Positions 38,061 to 54,200 of a stretch of DNA of 64,000 bases are shown here, piece after piece. Where the stretch lies: positions 12,464,001-12,528,000 of the forward strand of contig CM097885.1 of NCBI GenBank assembly GCA_044892525.1. Direction: 5' to 3'. Position 1 is the stretch's first letter. Every line of letters starts with the position of its first letter. The stretch comes from Schmidtea polychroa (lineage: Eukaryota). Under the pieces are notes generated by a model. The model was not told where the DNA came from. It did not search any database and saw only the letters and a program-made list of their open reading frames with translations. Made by a program: the position numbers and the translations under genes.

Positions 38061-38899
38061 ATTAACGGGTCTATGATCCCCACATAACATTAGCGCTTAT
38101 CGTAGTGAGCATAGTGCTTACATCACACTAAGACTCAATAAACGGAGGAAAGCTCCAAACTTAAAATAATCACAGTTCTACAATTAGTTGACATTTTTAT
38201 ATGATATATATGGTCAATGATTTATTTTCTGAAAATATAAAGGTACAAAACAGGGGTTATAGTTACTGATTCCAATTTAAACAAAAAAGGTCAATTACTA
38301 AGGCAGAATGCTGCCCAAATTTTTGAAAGTCATTAAAAACAACCGAATATATGATAGGTTTAGAAATAAATTATCAAATCAATTCTTAACTCTAGGAATT
38401 GAATTATGCCAAAAATGAAAAAATTAAGATGTATAAATTGATAAAATAATGGAAACCTTTCTATAGAAAAACTTAGTTAATTATTTTCTGATTCATAGTC
38501 TTCAAGCTTTTTACCAAATACAATGGAAAAGAAATCAGTGGTGAAATTTGAAAATAAAGTTCTTATAATTAATTCAGTAGTTAATTCATTCTAGATGCCA
38601 GATTAGATGTCACTGTTGTTGGTCATTGTTATTTGATGGAAGGACACGAAGTCAGAGCTAATTGTAATCCTAATAGTCTTGCCAGAATTTTCAAAACTTA
38701 AATCGGGAAAGTACAAAACATTTTTTTATATTTAATATATTAATTTATTATGCTTATAAAAATAAACTAAATTTAATAGGAACATAAAAATTCAAATTCA
38801 TCTCATTAACTTTATATAAAATTCATTTAAGTTAATATCACATGGAATGACTAAAATAATAAAATAAGAGAATAGCGATTATTGAATACTAAGTGCATG

Positions 38900-39344
38900 A
38901 ACAGAGTGACGCTATGAGTTGTTAGTTTACAAATTCAGTACTTATTGATGCTTTTAAAATTTCTTTATTATAATGGTACATTTCGCTGCAGGTTTGATCC
39001 AAATTTACCAAGCTTTGTAAAATAGCTCCTACTGTTTCTGGTAGAAGTCTGCTCCGTTCATCCGTCGACTGTATTGACATAAGCGAAAAAATTCTTTCAA
39101 CATTGGCATTATGCCCGGGTAGCGCAAATAAATATTAAAAATTAAAACCTTTTTTTTCATATTTCAGCAGGGTTCAAGCAGATTTTTAAGTTTGTTTTCG
39201 TTCAAAAATTATTTGATTGTGTATTTCATAAATTTAATTTTGTTTTTTATAATAAATCTAAATCGGAACATTTGGCCGTCGCCAAAACTTTTTTTAGGGA
39301 CACTCGAAAAAATCTCTGATTAATCGGGACGTCTGACAACGCTA
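38900..39344 (-). mobile_element. hAT (Blackjack-like) remnant
   Basis: PGHNANVERIFSLMSIQSTDERSRL dimerization motif; terminus TAGCGTTGTCAGACGTCCCG on the minus strand. Confidence 0.65.
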
Positions 39345-39594
39345 AATTCTAATGATTATTATAATAAATCAAACCATATCATGAACATTTTAAAATTAGA
39401 TTCTAGTTATTTTCTAAATTTCTTAACTAATTACTAAAAATTACTTTCTTCTTACAATTTGTGAAAAATTTGATTTGTATTTGTTAAAGTTTATGTGTTT
39501 GAGTATTCGTTTGTTATGTAACATTTTCAAAGTTGAAATTTTAATTGAAATGAAAAATTATTATTTGATTATAAGTTAATTGTTTTAGAAATAT

Positions 39595-42500
39595 ATGATT
39601 CCAAAAATTGCTTTGATTAGCCTCTTAAGTGCTATTTCGATTTTGCTATACTTCAATTCACTGGATTGTGGATTTGTATTTGATGATGTCACGGCTATTA
39701 AAGACAACAAAGATCTTCGACCAGAAACTCCATTTATTACATTATTTTTAAACGATTTTTGGGGCACGCCGATTAGCCAAGTTATTTATATGATTAATAA
39801 ATAGTAATTATTTGTACCTAAAGGAAAGAAGTCATAAATCTTACAGACCGTTAACTGTTCTAACATTTCGATGGAATTATTTTTTAGGAGAATTGAATCC
39901 AGCTGGTTATCACGCAATAAATGTAATCCTACATGCCATTGTGGTTATATTATTTTTCCAGTATGGTTTGAATGAATTTGATTTAAATTTACAATTGTAT
40001 TGATTATTTTTAAATTAAAATTTAAATAATAATATTGGAATTTAATATTAATTATATATTTTAGGCTCTGTACGATTTATTTCGACATAATTCATTCGTT
40101 TCTAAGTGCAATTTTATTCGCTGTCCATCCAATCCATACGGAAGCAGTAAGTGAATCTTGGCTTAAGATAAATAAATTTTGTTTTACATTTTTGTGTTTA
40201 CAAATTGTTTTAATTTATTATTAGAACCAGAATTTTCAGAAACAGCGGCTTAAAATATATATGAAATAAATATTTATTAAATCCATCTAATTATAATAAT
40301 GTTTATTTTCGTAAGGATATTCTTGACTCTCGCCATTATTAGTTTATGCCTTGAAAATTTTAAGGAAATAATTATGAGATTGCGGGGAAACGTTTTCATT
40401 TTATTTCGTAATTTCATAGAATTATTTTGACTAATTTATGCATCTTAATGTCTTAATTTGAATTTTTGATAAATATTTAACTACTTATAGTTTGTAAGTA
40501 TTAAAAGTAGCTCAAAGCAAATTATTGCAAATATAAATTTATAATGATTTTTGAATTTCTATTGAATGGTTGATATTATAATATAACTTGAATTTAGATC
40601 AATTTTGTAAAAGTAACATTAAATGAAAACTGGTCGACCGTAATCAGCATTAAGTGCTCCACCCAAGCGAATGAAATTAAAAAAAAATATTTTAAATATA
40701 AACTTTTATATTTTTACACTTAAGAATTCACACAAAACTACATTATTTGCTAAACCTGGTTTTCGCGTCCAAATTTAATTTAATTTTTTATATTTAATTG
40801 ACATTTATTTTTTTTAAATATTTAAAAATCAATTATTTGAATAATCATGGCTAGGAGACCAAGAAATCCCCTAGCATTGTTCTTGTTAATCTTGTTCTAA
40901 AGGCTAAAGTTATTAAGCAGCAGGTATGGCTATTGTCATAATTAGCTGTTGAATTGAAAGACCCCTTCGCAGTATTACAGTGTTGATCATCTAGGAGTTT
41001 GATTCGCTACACAATGGTGTTGAGGATACCTAAATGAAAAATAACATAATAAATAAATAAATTACCTGGAGGAAGATCGTCATGACAAACGGGACGATCT
41101 ATGGGAACTCAGAAAAGAAAACGGAAGTAAAAAGAAATTAAAAATGAGAAAGATAAATCAAATAAAAGGAAACAAACAATAAATTAAAACAAAGGTCATT
41201 GTTAATTAAGAAGTACAAATGAAGGTGGAATTTCAAATTCCAGAAAAACAAAATAAGGGAAAAAGTCGTATCTTGACAACTTGTCAAAGATAACGAAATT
41301 GTCGGGAGAAGGCGGCTTAACAAAAAAGGAAAATGGAAAACAGAATCTGTCGCCGGTGCCACAAATAAAATAACTATATAAAGGAAAACTCGTGGACACA
41401 AAATCATAACAAAAATTGGAAAAGTGGGAACAAAAATTGAGACAATTTGTAAGACAATTTGAGAGATAAAATTATTGGAGAAAAATTAGACAACGTCGGA
41501 CGAAACATTGTGAGAGAAACGATTGTGAAGAGAATTGTGAAGAATAATTGTTGAAGATTTGAATAAAAGAATTAGTTGGAAAATTAAACGAAAAGAAGTT
41601 ATTTGATTATTTGAATAAACTTGTGAAGAAGGTCAAAGAAAACAACCAGTTCAAAGTCCCAGTTGATAAACCAATCAGTAATTTGTGATCTTTTAATCTG
41701 GTGTTATACGCAAGTGCTATTCCTCACCGAGTGTAGTAATACGCATTGTATAGTCACCAAGCAGAGTGTTGAATTGATTGTCAGTGTAAAGAGAAAGTTA
41801 TTTGTGATTATCAATAAAGATTTCTGTTGTCAAGTGTTATTTGTGAATCATATAAAGACACGCTTGGAGTCAGAGTAACATTTAAATTTATCACCAACTC
41901 AATAACCCAACAATGGAATGTAATGTAGTAGAAAGTCTGTACGTGATGGATCGTTTTCCACACGTAACCATCTGACCATCCAACAAATTATTTTGATGGT
42001 ATACTGCTGGTCACATGACATGCCTAAAGATCAAGTCAAACATTACGCCGACACAGGAAATCATGCCATAGTCATCGATTGGTGCAACTTCATGTGGGAG
42101 GAATGTGAAAACTGAATTGAGAGAAATGATGGAGAGATTGGAGGCTTTGACGCAAATAGTCAATTTATCGTCGTTGAAATTAATGAAACAAACGGCCACT
42201 GGGTGTTTGGTAGTGTTGAGCCAGAGAGTGGCAAGTGCTTTCTCGTCGAAGTCCCACCAACAGAACTTTGTTGATCCGACAGATGACCAAGTCCACACTC
42301 AGAGTGTAAAAAATATGTGAATGCAAGCCAAACGCAAACTGAAACAATAGTTTAGAACCAACCGCGCTCTGTTCCCTCCATACCTACATGAATTTATATA
42401 CAGGAATAAGTTTCGTTAACAGGATGCATTTCCTAAATTCATTATTGCAATCGCTGAGAATTATGTTTAGTAACATTTATTTCATGACATCATCCTCTCT

Positions 42501-45500
42501 GTACACTTAATAACAGTTTTGTTTCATAAATTAAAGTTTTAAAAAAATTGAAAAAAAAATTGAAAAAAAAATTAAATTAAATTTCGGACGCTTAAATCCA
42601 GGTTTACCACCGACAGCAATAAGGGAAATACGATATATCAATTTTTAATTGCTCAAAATTCAAAACTTTAATTTTGATTAATTTGTATCATTTTACACAG
42701 CATCAACAATTACATAAAATTGAAATGAATGTTGATCAGAAATTAGTTCATATATAGTGAAAAGATAATAATAAATCAAGGAATTATCTTTTCTTGGCCA
42801 ATATTGAATGATAATTTAATTTATCATTTTTTAATCTTTCAACTCAATTATCAATTTCAAATCCAGAAAAAAATTTTTCGACATTTATTTTGGAATAATA
42901 GAAAAGTTTGCAGGTTTATTAATTCTAATGTTGTTAACAAACGCGTTTTGATTATTATTCTTGAAGAAATAACTTTGTAGTTATTGTAGTTTACGTACTA
43001 CGTAAATAGTTTCTTTTTGGGGTGTTCATCATTAGTGTGATTTTGACATTTAATAGTGCTATATTTAAATTTAAGTGTTTTATTTTAATTTAAATATGTC
43101 AACTTCATTCTTTAATTACTAATAATTTTATTTGAAAATAATCTAACAATTTATTGACATTTAATATTTTGATAATTGAAATTTAAATTTAACATAATCA
43201 AATATAAATAAAACATTAATTTAGAAATTAATACTACTAAAGTGTTAGGGTAGTCTCGGCGTATGCGTATTTAACCGTGATTAATGTATATAATGCGTGT
43301 TAGGATTACAATACATTAATAGATGTTTGATTCGAATTTTTGTCTTAGATTAAATTATTGACCTAAAATGATCTAAATCACGAATTCCTAATGTGGTCTA
43401 TAGGGACCCCCAGGGGTTCCTGCAAAAGTTTCGCGGCTCCAATTAATAAATTCAATTTTGTTAATATTTTTGTAAAGACACCATGTGACACTGTTTTATT
43501 AATTCTTGATAACTATTCATAAATGTAAGTCGTTTGATTTAAAAATATTCATTTCATTCTATTACATTTTGTTTTTTAGCTGATATTTTCTTCTACTTAA
43601 CATTTATTTTTTTAAGAATAAATAATAAAAGAACTGTCGACAATTTGACGAAGATTATATTCAAAATGATTTTATTAACAGTGCTTATAATCCTTTAACA
43701 CCACACTGCATTGTATGCGGAAAAGAGCTTGCGAATAGCTCAATGAAACCGTTTAAATTATTACATCATCAGAAGACTTCAGGATCCAAACTTAAGTAAT
43801 AAATAAAAAGAGTACTTTTTGGATCTTCAAAACGAATCTAAGACATGCTCAAATGCATTGAAATGCTTCATTATGAAACAAAATAACCCCACTGGTCTCA
43901 CAGCTTCATATAAAATTGTTCTACTTATTAGGTCGACCATGTAGAATAGCTGAAGAGCTCATCAAGCCATCAATTTATGAAGCACTAAAAGTTGTCAATG
44001 TCAAATCCAATTAGTGTTGTGCAAAATATTCCTATTTCAAACAACACAATTTGTTTGCGATTTACTGAGGTGACTGATAATGTTAAATTACTTATGTAAT
44101 CATGCCGTTTTTTAACATTTGATGAAAGCGTGTTTGGTAGTCAAGCAATAATTCTAGCATTTGTTCGATATATAAAAGAAGCAACCACCCGCGAAGAGCT
44201 TCTGCTCATGGAAACTTTAATGTATGTAAATGATGAGCCAGTGAGCTGTCTTATTTCAAACTTCTTGAAAGAAAATACAATTCATCCAATAGGATTTCCA
44301 TTTGGACTGATGGCGCTCCTTCCATAATTGGAAAAACAAAGGCGCCTTTGCAAGATTAAGTGAAAGTAAAAATAATTTTACAAAATATTTTGTGCTGTAC
44401 CAAAAAAAAATAATTACTAAAAAATCGGGGCATATTGATTTCAGGGAAACATTGAAAACAGTTGTGAATCCAATAAATAAGATCAAAAGTTGTGCCTTGC
44501 AAGAACTTCTGTTTCAAGAAGCTTGTCAAGTTGAAGAATTCCATGGTCTAATTTACTATTCAGAAGTTTGATGGTTTTCAATGAGAAATCGTCTCACTCG
44601 GTTTATAGCACTATTTGAAACTGTGGTCAATTTTATCAAAAAGAATAATTTTCTGTGTTGCTACAGCACAAAAGTTGTATTTTATAGTTAGAAAATATCT
44701 TAAGAAATTTGAATGAACTATTAAAAATAAGTGTTTAATATGATCTTTTTTTACCTATTAGCAGTTGTGTGTTGTCCTTTGGACAAAAAGGTAACCAATT
44801 TCTTATAAAATCATTACTGTAGTGAGAATATCGAAAGTTCAATTGGGCACTGAGACCGGTGTGAATTATTTATGAACTCATCCTGTGAATTACATTTAAT
44901 TTTCATATTTCCAAATTTTATTTTTTTAATGAAATATTATCTAAAATTGCTACTTAATTTTATTTTTTATGGACAATGTTGAATCCAAGAGAGGTGGATT
45001 TTTTGAGAAGGAATATAACTAAATTGAACACTGTGCATAGGTCCCAAATTCAAATAAACTAGTAAATCATCATCAATTATTATTAGTATGACATTGGCAT
45101 TTAGTAGTGTTAATTTCTAATTTAATAACGAATTAAACAAATTTATTGTGACATTGCTATTTTATAATTTCTATATTAGGTAACGGGAGTTGTTGGTAGA
45201 GCTGAATTGTTGAGTAGTGTTTTCTTTTTGCTGTCACTACTGATCTACATCAATATCGTTAATAGCAAGCATTCTAATATAAAAGGTTAGAAACGTTTTT
45301 GAAAAAGCAAATAGATAATTTGTTTATTTAAAATTTTATTTTTCAGTTTTAATATTTAATTCGTTTGTAGTGAGCAAAAAAGTATGGAATCATGAGCGAG
45401 AAATTTGTTTCTTTTATCGTTTTATTCTGCCGATGCCATGAATTTTCCCGCTAGTGCTTCTTGGTACAGTTTTATTTGGCTTTCTGAAGGTACAATCAGT

Positions 45501-46644
45501 GAAAAAATGGGAGGAAATTTGACACCCTTTTCGTAATTTGTTTAAAAAAAATTCTCAATTTTGAATCAAATAAGTATGGAAACATTTTTTTAATTTTCTG
45601 TTATACTGAATAAATACTGAGTGAATGTCAATGTCAACAGGAGTTTACACCAAGATAATAACTAATATTTTATAGGATATCCACTAGCATTTAAAACTGT
45701 CTGACAACAGTGTGGTATTGAGTCCACAAGGCGTTCACAAATGATGTTTCGAATAGACTGCTTGCTCAAGTGATGGAGGTTCAAGTTGCCTTGAATGACT
45801 TTGGCAGTTACGAATGAGTTTTTCTTGGCCTCTTTCACGATAGTTCGATCCATGCGTTCGTCTGTTTAGCGAGGTCTTCCACATTTTGTGAATTTTGAAC
45901 ACTTCTACAGCTTCGGTATTTTTTGATAACTTTAGTCACTGTACTGTGCTGCACTGCAAAAGCCTTCGAAATGTCAATTTTCTTCCTTCCACAATTAATA
46001 TAAAGGTCCACCGTTCTTTCTCGAATATTGCCTGACAAATACTTTCTTGTAGACATGAGACTGCTGATTTGTAAAGAAAGTTCGTTCGGAATAAAAATGA
46101 AATGATCAATGCTGCTTTTATACTGTCGTAGAAAATTCCAGAAACACATTCATAATTGATGCATTTAAACAAAATCATAGAAATGTAAAATGTTTCCATA
46201 CTTTTTTGATTCAAAATTTAGTATGTTTACAAAATAGTAATAAAATATAGTCTTAAAAACATATTGTTTCACAAATAGTACCATATGAAAGCCAACATAA
46301 ACCTGTGTTGGTATATATAAAGAGAGGATCCTAAGAACAAAATGCTTAAAAAAGAAACAAATTTCTCTCTCATGTTTCCATATTCTTTTTTTGCTCACTG
46401 TATAAATAATTATTAAATTATTATTTAAGCCTTTTTCTACGAAGTATATATTTATTAAAATGAAAGACTTTTCAACTTTAAAAATATTCGTTTCAATTTA
46501 TATATTTATTTATTGATTAAAAAATTGAATATGAATTAGTAAAGATATAAATAACGTCGATATCCTTACTGATTGATGATCAATTTTTTAATAAATACAA
46601 TGTCAACTGAAAAGAAATCAGAAGTGAAAATTGAAAAAAAATTC

Positions 46645-46681
<37 letters not shown>

Positions 46682-48109
46682 AACCATATATGGATTATAG
46701 CTTCATCTAGTTGTTTTTGTTGTACAAACCATTTTACGAAGTCTGGTTTACAATATAGAAAGATAGAAAAATTTAACATAAGAAAAAAATAAAGAAAAAA
46801 GTTAGTAGATCAAGAACGGGTGAAAGATTTTATGCTTCCGTTCCAACAAATAGAGGTCCAAATATTCCGCTCATTCTTGGAATCTTAAAAAATGAACCTA
46901 TTCATTAAAAAATTATTTGTGGGTCTTTTCCAAAAGGAATCCTATCGGTTGTTTATCAATTAATTGTCAGAGAAACTTAACAGAACAGATTACATACATT
47001 TTAATACATAATAATGCATCAATACATCAATAGTGTCATATCATAAAATAACCGGATAAAACATTTGCCTTCTCATACATCCATTAAATCCGATAGGAAG
47101 TGTTTTTAACAAAATTAAAAATGGGATAAGAAAGGAATATACATCGTGTAATATACATTTTCGTGGTTAAGCTAGCCAATGGATATGTCCAGAACTCTGA
47201 AGATTTTGATTGCTTGTTACGGTTTTCATTAGTAAATAATACATTGACAAGTCTCTAGATACTAACTTGGCAAAAATATTTTTGTATCTATCTTATTATC
47301 TGTCAGATTTTAATGTTTAACAGAATAAAGAAATAAAAATTTTTGTTGTACCATTTGAGTGCCAACATGATTTTTAGAAAATTAGCTTGAAGTGCAAAAA
47401 ACTTTGCGAACAAACCAGGCGCGGGAAGTGGGGGGGGCCCACTTTCTTTAAGTAGTCACATAAATACATATCCGGAATAAAAAACAATAGACAAGAATCG
47501 ACAAGTATGAAATAAAGATTATATTGGTTTGCGCCGGAGGAGGCGCTCGAAAGGTACTTACAATTTGTGATTAAATTTAATTAAACTTATTGAGACAGTT
47601 GTTGACACAGGTTCTGTGTTATTGGAAATAGATGTAGGGTGAACAAAAATAAACCAAATTAAAGATTTAACAGTTATTTTAAATTTTATTCTATTTAATT
47701 AGAAATAAATTATACATATTCCTCATATGAGGAATGTACAGCTAATGATATAATTTCAAATAAATTAAAAAAAAATTTTCATGTACTTTAATTTAGATTT
47801 ATTAGGAATATTGCTCGTGCTCGTTCTAGTATCAATTGGAACTCTATGTAAAGAACAATGTATTACTGCACTTGGTGTTTGTATTGGACTTGAAGCATAT
47901 CATCTTGTCAAGGTAAAATTATATTCCTTAAACCCATACCAATTATTAACTCAGTTGTGGAAAATTCATAATGTCAATACAGAAAAGAAATATTTTGTAC
48001 GTTACACCAGATCTGGGATTATTTTCATGGGCGCCGCACTATTGATGTTTCTTCGTCTAAAAATCAATGGAAAATATATGCCATTTTTTACCGAGTATAT
48101 TATTATTAA

Positions 48110-48204
<95 letters not shown>

Positions 48205-51200
48205 GTATAAAGTGATGATTTCTTGGTAGCAGCATTTATTATTTAAAGCAATAAAGTGATAATTTAAGCTTTTTGCTGCGATGTATTTAATGAAAAATTT
48301 TCGACTATAAGAATTTTTCATATAATTTTTTTTTACATATTTATCAGATCCTACAATACCAGGGATTTTTAGATGAAGTAACAGCTAAATCGAATGGTAC
48401 AAGCTATTGCATAATGAAGGTTTCTTATACGGAGAGATATTATCTACAAACGAATTTTAGAATATTTGCCGCCCTAAAGTCCTTTTGTAAATTTAAATGA
48501 AAGTGTCATTAGATCAATTTTAATTTTTGTAAAATTTTAAGAGAAATTTGGTCTGGTAAACAAGTTAATAAAAGATGAGATAATATGAAATAGACAAATA
48601 CAAGAATCTCAAAAATTATCCTATGTATCAGTGCCGTGACTAAGCAGATGCACCGGCATAGTGACCAGAGATCGAGGGGGCCTTAAACGGAATTGTTAAT
48701 TGAATTATTTATACAATTTTTTTACAAAAATTGATTTTCGAGATTTTAAAAGACAATTGGTATTTTCAGTAAGACACAGAGTAATTATCTGAAAAAAAGT
48801 CAATTTTTTTAGAAAAAAATGTCAAGTGATTTTTAAAAAATATATATAAATGCGGTTTATCTGCGCGATTTTAGGATAACTCGAAAATTTATGCAATTTG
48901 CATGAATCTGAAACAACGGTTATCTTTTTCTATCAAACTAAAATATTTTTAAAAACACGGATAAGCTTTAATAATAAGCTTAAATAATAAAATAATTTAG
49001 GTAATGAATAATTAATTTTTACATTTCCATAACTCAATAATGTGATTGTCAGGCACCCAAAAAAGAAAAATTAAGAATCAAAAACTTGAAGAAAGTAAAT
49101 CAATATCGCAAAATCTTGTAAAATGGATGAGAAAAGATACACCAGAAGTCGGAGAAGGGTCTTCTAATAAAGCCAGTTCCAATTTACAAGATGATGTTGC
49201 CGTATAACAATTGAACTCGGACTGTATTAGTAGTGATGGTATTACTTCAGATCAGAGTACAATAACTACATAAGTCAATGAGAATGAAATAAATTTGTCA
49301 TCTGTTACTATAAATTACAATGATTCTCATTCTTGGCCAGTAATTACAAATAAATTAATAAATTGCCTTGTCAAACATGGTGTAGAGCACGATGACGACA
49401 TTAACTTTAATAATCTTGCATCAGATAATTTAGGGCGTAAATTTACAAAAGACTGGTTTTATGAGAAACAAATTGACGGCAATTTTCTATATGGTTCATC
49501 ACTAGAAAAAAACAATGTGCTAGAATTAAAAAAGGTCGCTGCTGATCTTTCTGTTAAGTACATCAAAGATTTAAATATGTATGAAATTTGAAGCATCGAT
49601 ATTAGTAGACGAATTAAAAACTGCAACACCTCTTGGAATTTTACAAGGTCTGTATGACTAATTGAATCTTATCCAAACATCAATATTGCTATACGATTAA
49701 TCCTCACACTCCCAGTGACAATTGCTTCGCGTGAGAAAAGTTTTAGCAAGTTAAAATTAAATAAAAACTATTTAAGATCTACTATAGGACAAGATAGATT
49801 ACCCAATCTTGTCATAATATCTATTGAGTATAACATCGTAAAGGATATTAATTATGACGATATAATTAATGACTTTGCTCAAATGAAATCTAAAAGAAAA
49901 CGATTAAATGAAAATTAAATAATCTTATAATACAAATAATGTAATATATTTTTGTGTACAATAAATTTTTTATTTGTTATCTATTTGAACTATAATTACT
50001 TTTCCCCCAAAAATAGAGGGGCCCTAATATATTTTTTGCACATGGCCCTAAAATGTTAGTTACTGCACTACTCTGTATATTCGATGAAAAACTTTTAATA
50101 AAAAGGGATATTGTAAAAAGATTTGGTATTATTTTTATGAAATCAAAATCAAGTATTTAAACGATGTTCTTCAAATTTTTCGTAAGTCATTCAAAAATGA
50201 CTGATTTATCAAATATTAAAATTAAATAATAATTAGTAATTTAAATGATGAATGCATGTGGTGTATATACCAGCTCATATTCTAGAAAATATTAGATTGT
50301 TATAATTTTTATTTATATATCAGATGTACAAATACCATCTTTCATACAAAACACAAGTGGAGAGCAATAATAACACTGACATTATTGCTCTGTACGGACA
50401 TTCGTATTCATACATTTGGAACAGGATATTATGACATCGTCAACATTGTTTAAAATAAGAATATCATTATTAATTCATCAGTTCAAATTCTCGATTCAAA
50501 TCCTTTATTTCCATTATTTTTCAATTATATTTAATTTAATGATATTTTTCTTAAATATATAATGTTGTTTCAGTTTCGATAATCCTGCGGCTCATTCGCC
50601 TTTTCCTATTCGGCAATTGACATTCAATTATCTGACATCGGTAAATCTGCGATTGTTGTTTTGTCCTTTACAATTGTGTTGTGACTGGACAATGGGAACG
50701 ATATCTCTAGTCAATAGTATTACTGATGTGAGGATTGTTCCTACTTTATGCACCTATGCATTCATAGGACTTTTAGCACTTATTGTTATTAAAAGAATAG
50801 AAACCAAATCCTCGGAAACATTGGCTATGGTAAAATTTACATTTATTTATTTTTTCAAATAATATTGACATAGTCTCTATTGATCATGGTGTTATCTTTT
50901 CTACCAGCTTCCAATTTATTCATATCAGTCGGATTTGTTGTTGCCGAACGAGTTTTATACACTCCAAGTCTAGGGTTTTGTTTAATGATAGGGCTTTGGT
51001 TACAAAAATCAATAAAACATTTCCCAAAGTTGGTGTTCCTCTGTAAAATTTGGCAGAATCTTTTAATATATTTTGAATTAGATTTCAAAAATGCATTTAC
51101 GGATCGTTCGTGGTTCTGTTATTGTCACATACAATGAATACTTATTATAGGAATTTTGATTGGTTCAATTTTATCTGAATTTGTATATGATTATCTCTGA

Positions 51201-54200
51201 TCTTCAGGAGGAATGAATACACTTTATTTATGTCCGCATTACAAGTTAATCAAAACAATGCTAAATTATGGAATAATGTCGGTCATTCCTTAGAACATGA
51301 AAAGAAATTCGAGGATGCTTTAAGATATTTTATTGTGGCATCAAAGTCTTAATTTATTTGCTCATTTCTTTTTAATGTTGGTTTTAAATGTAGAACACAG
51401 CCTAATGATGTTGGATCTCACATAAATGTTGGTAGAACTCTGGTGAATTTGCAACGATTTTTGGAGGCTGAAGAAGCATTTAAAGTGGCTCTTAGTTTTA
51501 TGCCACAACCTAAAAAAGGTTTTTTAGAAAACCTTAGGAATTTTTATAGCTTAATTTAGGCCAGGCATATACAACACGAGTATCACCGAAAGATTTGAAT
51601 GTTTTTATTAATCTTAGTAATTTGCTAATAAAAAATAAAACCCGTCTTCTTGAAGCAGATGCATATCTTAGACGAGCGATTAGTATGCGCCCGGATTTCG
51701 TCGACGCTTATCAAAACAGGGGTGACATTTTGTTAAAATTGGGCAGGTAATTGTTTTTAAAATATTATTTAACACTACTAATATATAATGTAGCCTAAAA
51801 ATATAAGTTATAATAATTATATAAAATATATATAATAATAATATAAAATAATTAGTAAAAGATATGATAAGTCTTTGCTGCAAGTTTCAAGTTTGTTTAA
51901 AACAAAAATGAGAAATTTCGACTTTGAAATAGTCCCCTTCAATCTAAAGAAAATAGTTTGAATAAGAAATTTGAAGATTTTGATCTATTTTGATTGATTT
52001 TGATTTAATTTTGAAATTAAACCTTTTCCTCAACATTAGATGTCACCGAATAATTTTTGTAATAATATTTTATCAAATGTATAGTTTTTGTATCTTAACG
52101 TACGGGATACGGCTTGTTGCGTTCGGGCGATATTATAGCGGCCGTATCACGTACGTTCATTTGAGTAGGACGGTTAATTACAAAGAAATTTTTAATTTTT
52201 GTTAATGCATTTTTCAAGTTTTTCAAGTTGAAAATTGCAGGTAAAATTTAAAGGTCTTATTGGCGATATTGTTTCAAAATTGTTATTAAAAGTCAATAAA
52301 TTTATTGTGTTAGGTCTTGTTTTATTTTGGAAACATTCAAGAGCACACGGAGGAACAATAAATACTGACTACAATAAATACCCAAAAATGCTAAATATTT
52401 TTCTTTGCCTTAATATATAAATACTTTATGGATTAATGATGCTCTATGCTTGTGATTAGAATTTATAATTCATAGAGTTCACCTTTTACCCATGATAATC
52501 GTTTTTTGTTAATTGGAGGTTTTCAATATATTAAAGTTAACTCTTTTAGATAGACTTCTTTACCTTGAGATGCTGTTAAATATATTATTAGTTCCCTATC
52601 TTTTATCTTGCAAATGGAGCTTTTTAATAAAATATTCCTTTTTGAGATTTTTTTTGTTAACGAATAACTTCTGACCAATTATTATGACATAAGTATTTTC
52701 TTAAACAATATTTATTTTCTTATCCTTAAGAGTTTATTTATTTTTATCTATAAAAATCTCGATCAATGTTGAGAAATGAAATGTCAAACCATTTACTTAT
52801 TTATGTGTATCTTTGTAAAACTATAAATTATGCCATCTGTCAATTAAGATCCGAAGAAGCTCGAAACCAATATATAACTGCTCTGCAATATCGACCAAAC
52901 AGTGCAGATTTGCATTATAACGTAGGTAATAGGTTTTCATTTTTTGTACTGATAATGCTTTTTGTAATGGATGATTTTGTGGAATAATCTTTATTATTTG
53001 TCCAGCTAGGAGTTGTTAATATCGAGCTGAAACGCAATGATGAAGCTCTTTCGTGTTTCCATACCTCATTACAATTAGACAAAAACCACAAGGTTCTCTT
53101 AGCAACATTTGAATCATTAATTTAATTATTTTTAAAGCCGGCCCGACTAAGTTTGGCTTCTTTTTATTCTGAAGATAGTGGCAAAAGAGAGGAAGCCAAA
53201 TCAATGTGAATATTTGTGATGCTTATTTAACTTTGTTGTGTTACATATTTCTCAGATATTATGATTTAATAAAAGCGGAATTTGAATCAGAAAAATGCCA
53301 CTTTGCATTAGCCATGATGGAAACTGATGATAAAAATTTTCAATTAGCCGAAAAGCACTACCTGCACTCCTTGAAAGTATATAAAAATCTTATGTAATCG
53401 AAATTTATTTGTTAACAGTATGATCCCACTTCTCGAGGCTCGTTGTTCAATTTAGCTCTTTTGTATAATAATGAACTGAAGAAATTCGATGAAGCTCTCG
53501 TCTTGCTCAATCGGTTACTGGAAGTAATTTTCTCTTTAATTTCGTTAGTCTAATATAACATGATTTAGTTGCAATAAAATATTTTAATCATCATTTATAT
53601 TTTTCGCTTTTTTCTGTTTCCTTCCTTTAAAATTATATTTATCTTCATTTAGTTTGTAGTTTTAAATTGATCATTTATTTTTTTTAATAATCCGACATTT
53701 TTTCCCGTTAAATTTGGGCTCCCGTCCGTTGTAACATTGACAACATTTTTCCAAGATAAACTTAATTTTTCAAAGCAAATCTTCACCCGTTGTTGTCCCT
53801 TTCATCAGATGTAAGCCAGCAAGCTCCTCTAAAACATCAAAGTTACTGTTGATACCACGAACAAATATTAGTGATATGTACGTAAATTATTTAGCTTTAA
53901 TTTGCAGCTGCGATAATAAATTGTCTGAAATTTCATCAATTCGTCTTGAAATAGAAATATTTGCAATATCTTTTTTTCTCTGGACAAAGAATACTTGCTG
54001 CTTCCACCAAGCAATCTTTCAACAATTCTCCTTGAAAAGGCTTACTATATTTTCCAATTTTACATAGCTAATTTTTGTTATAGCAATTTTCTATTTTGTT
54101 TCACCACTAAAAACTTGTTGCTGCTTTAATTAATTGGATAATTCAAATGATTTTTCAATTTTTTCACTTTTTGACAATTTATCATATTTACCAGCACGCT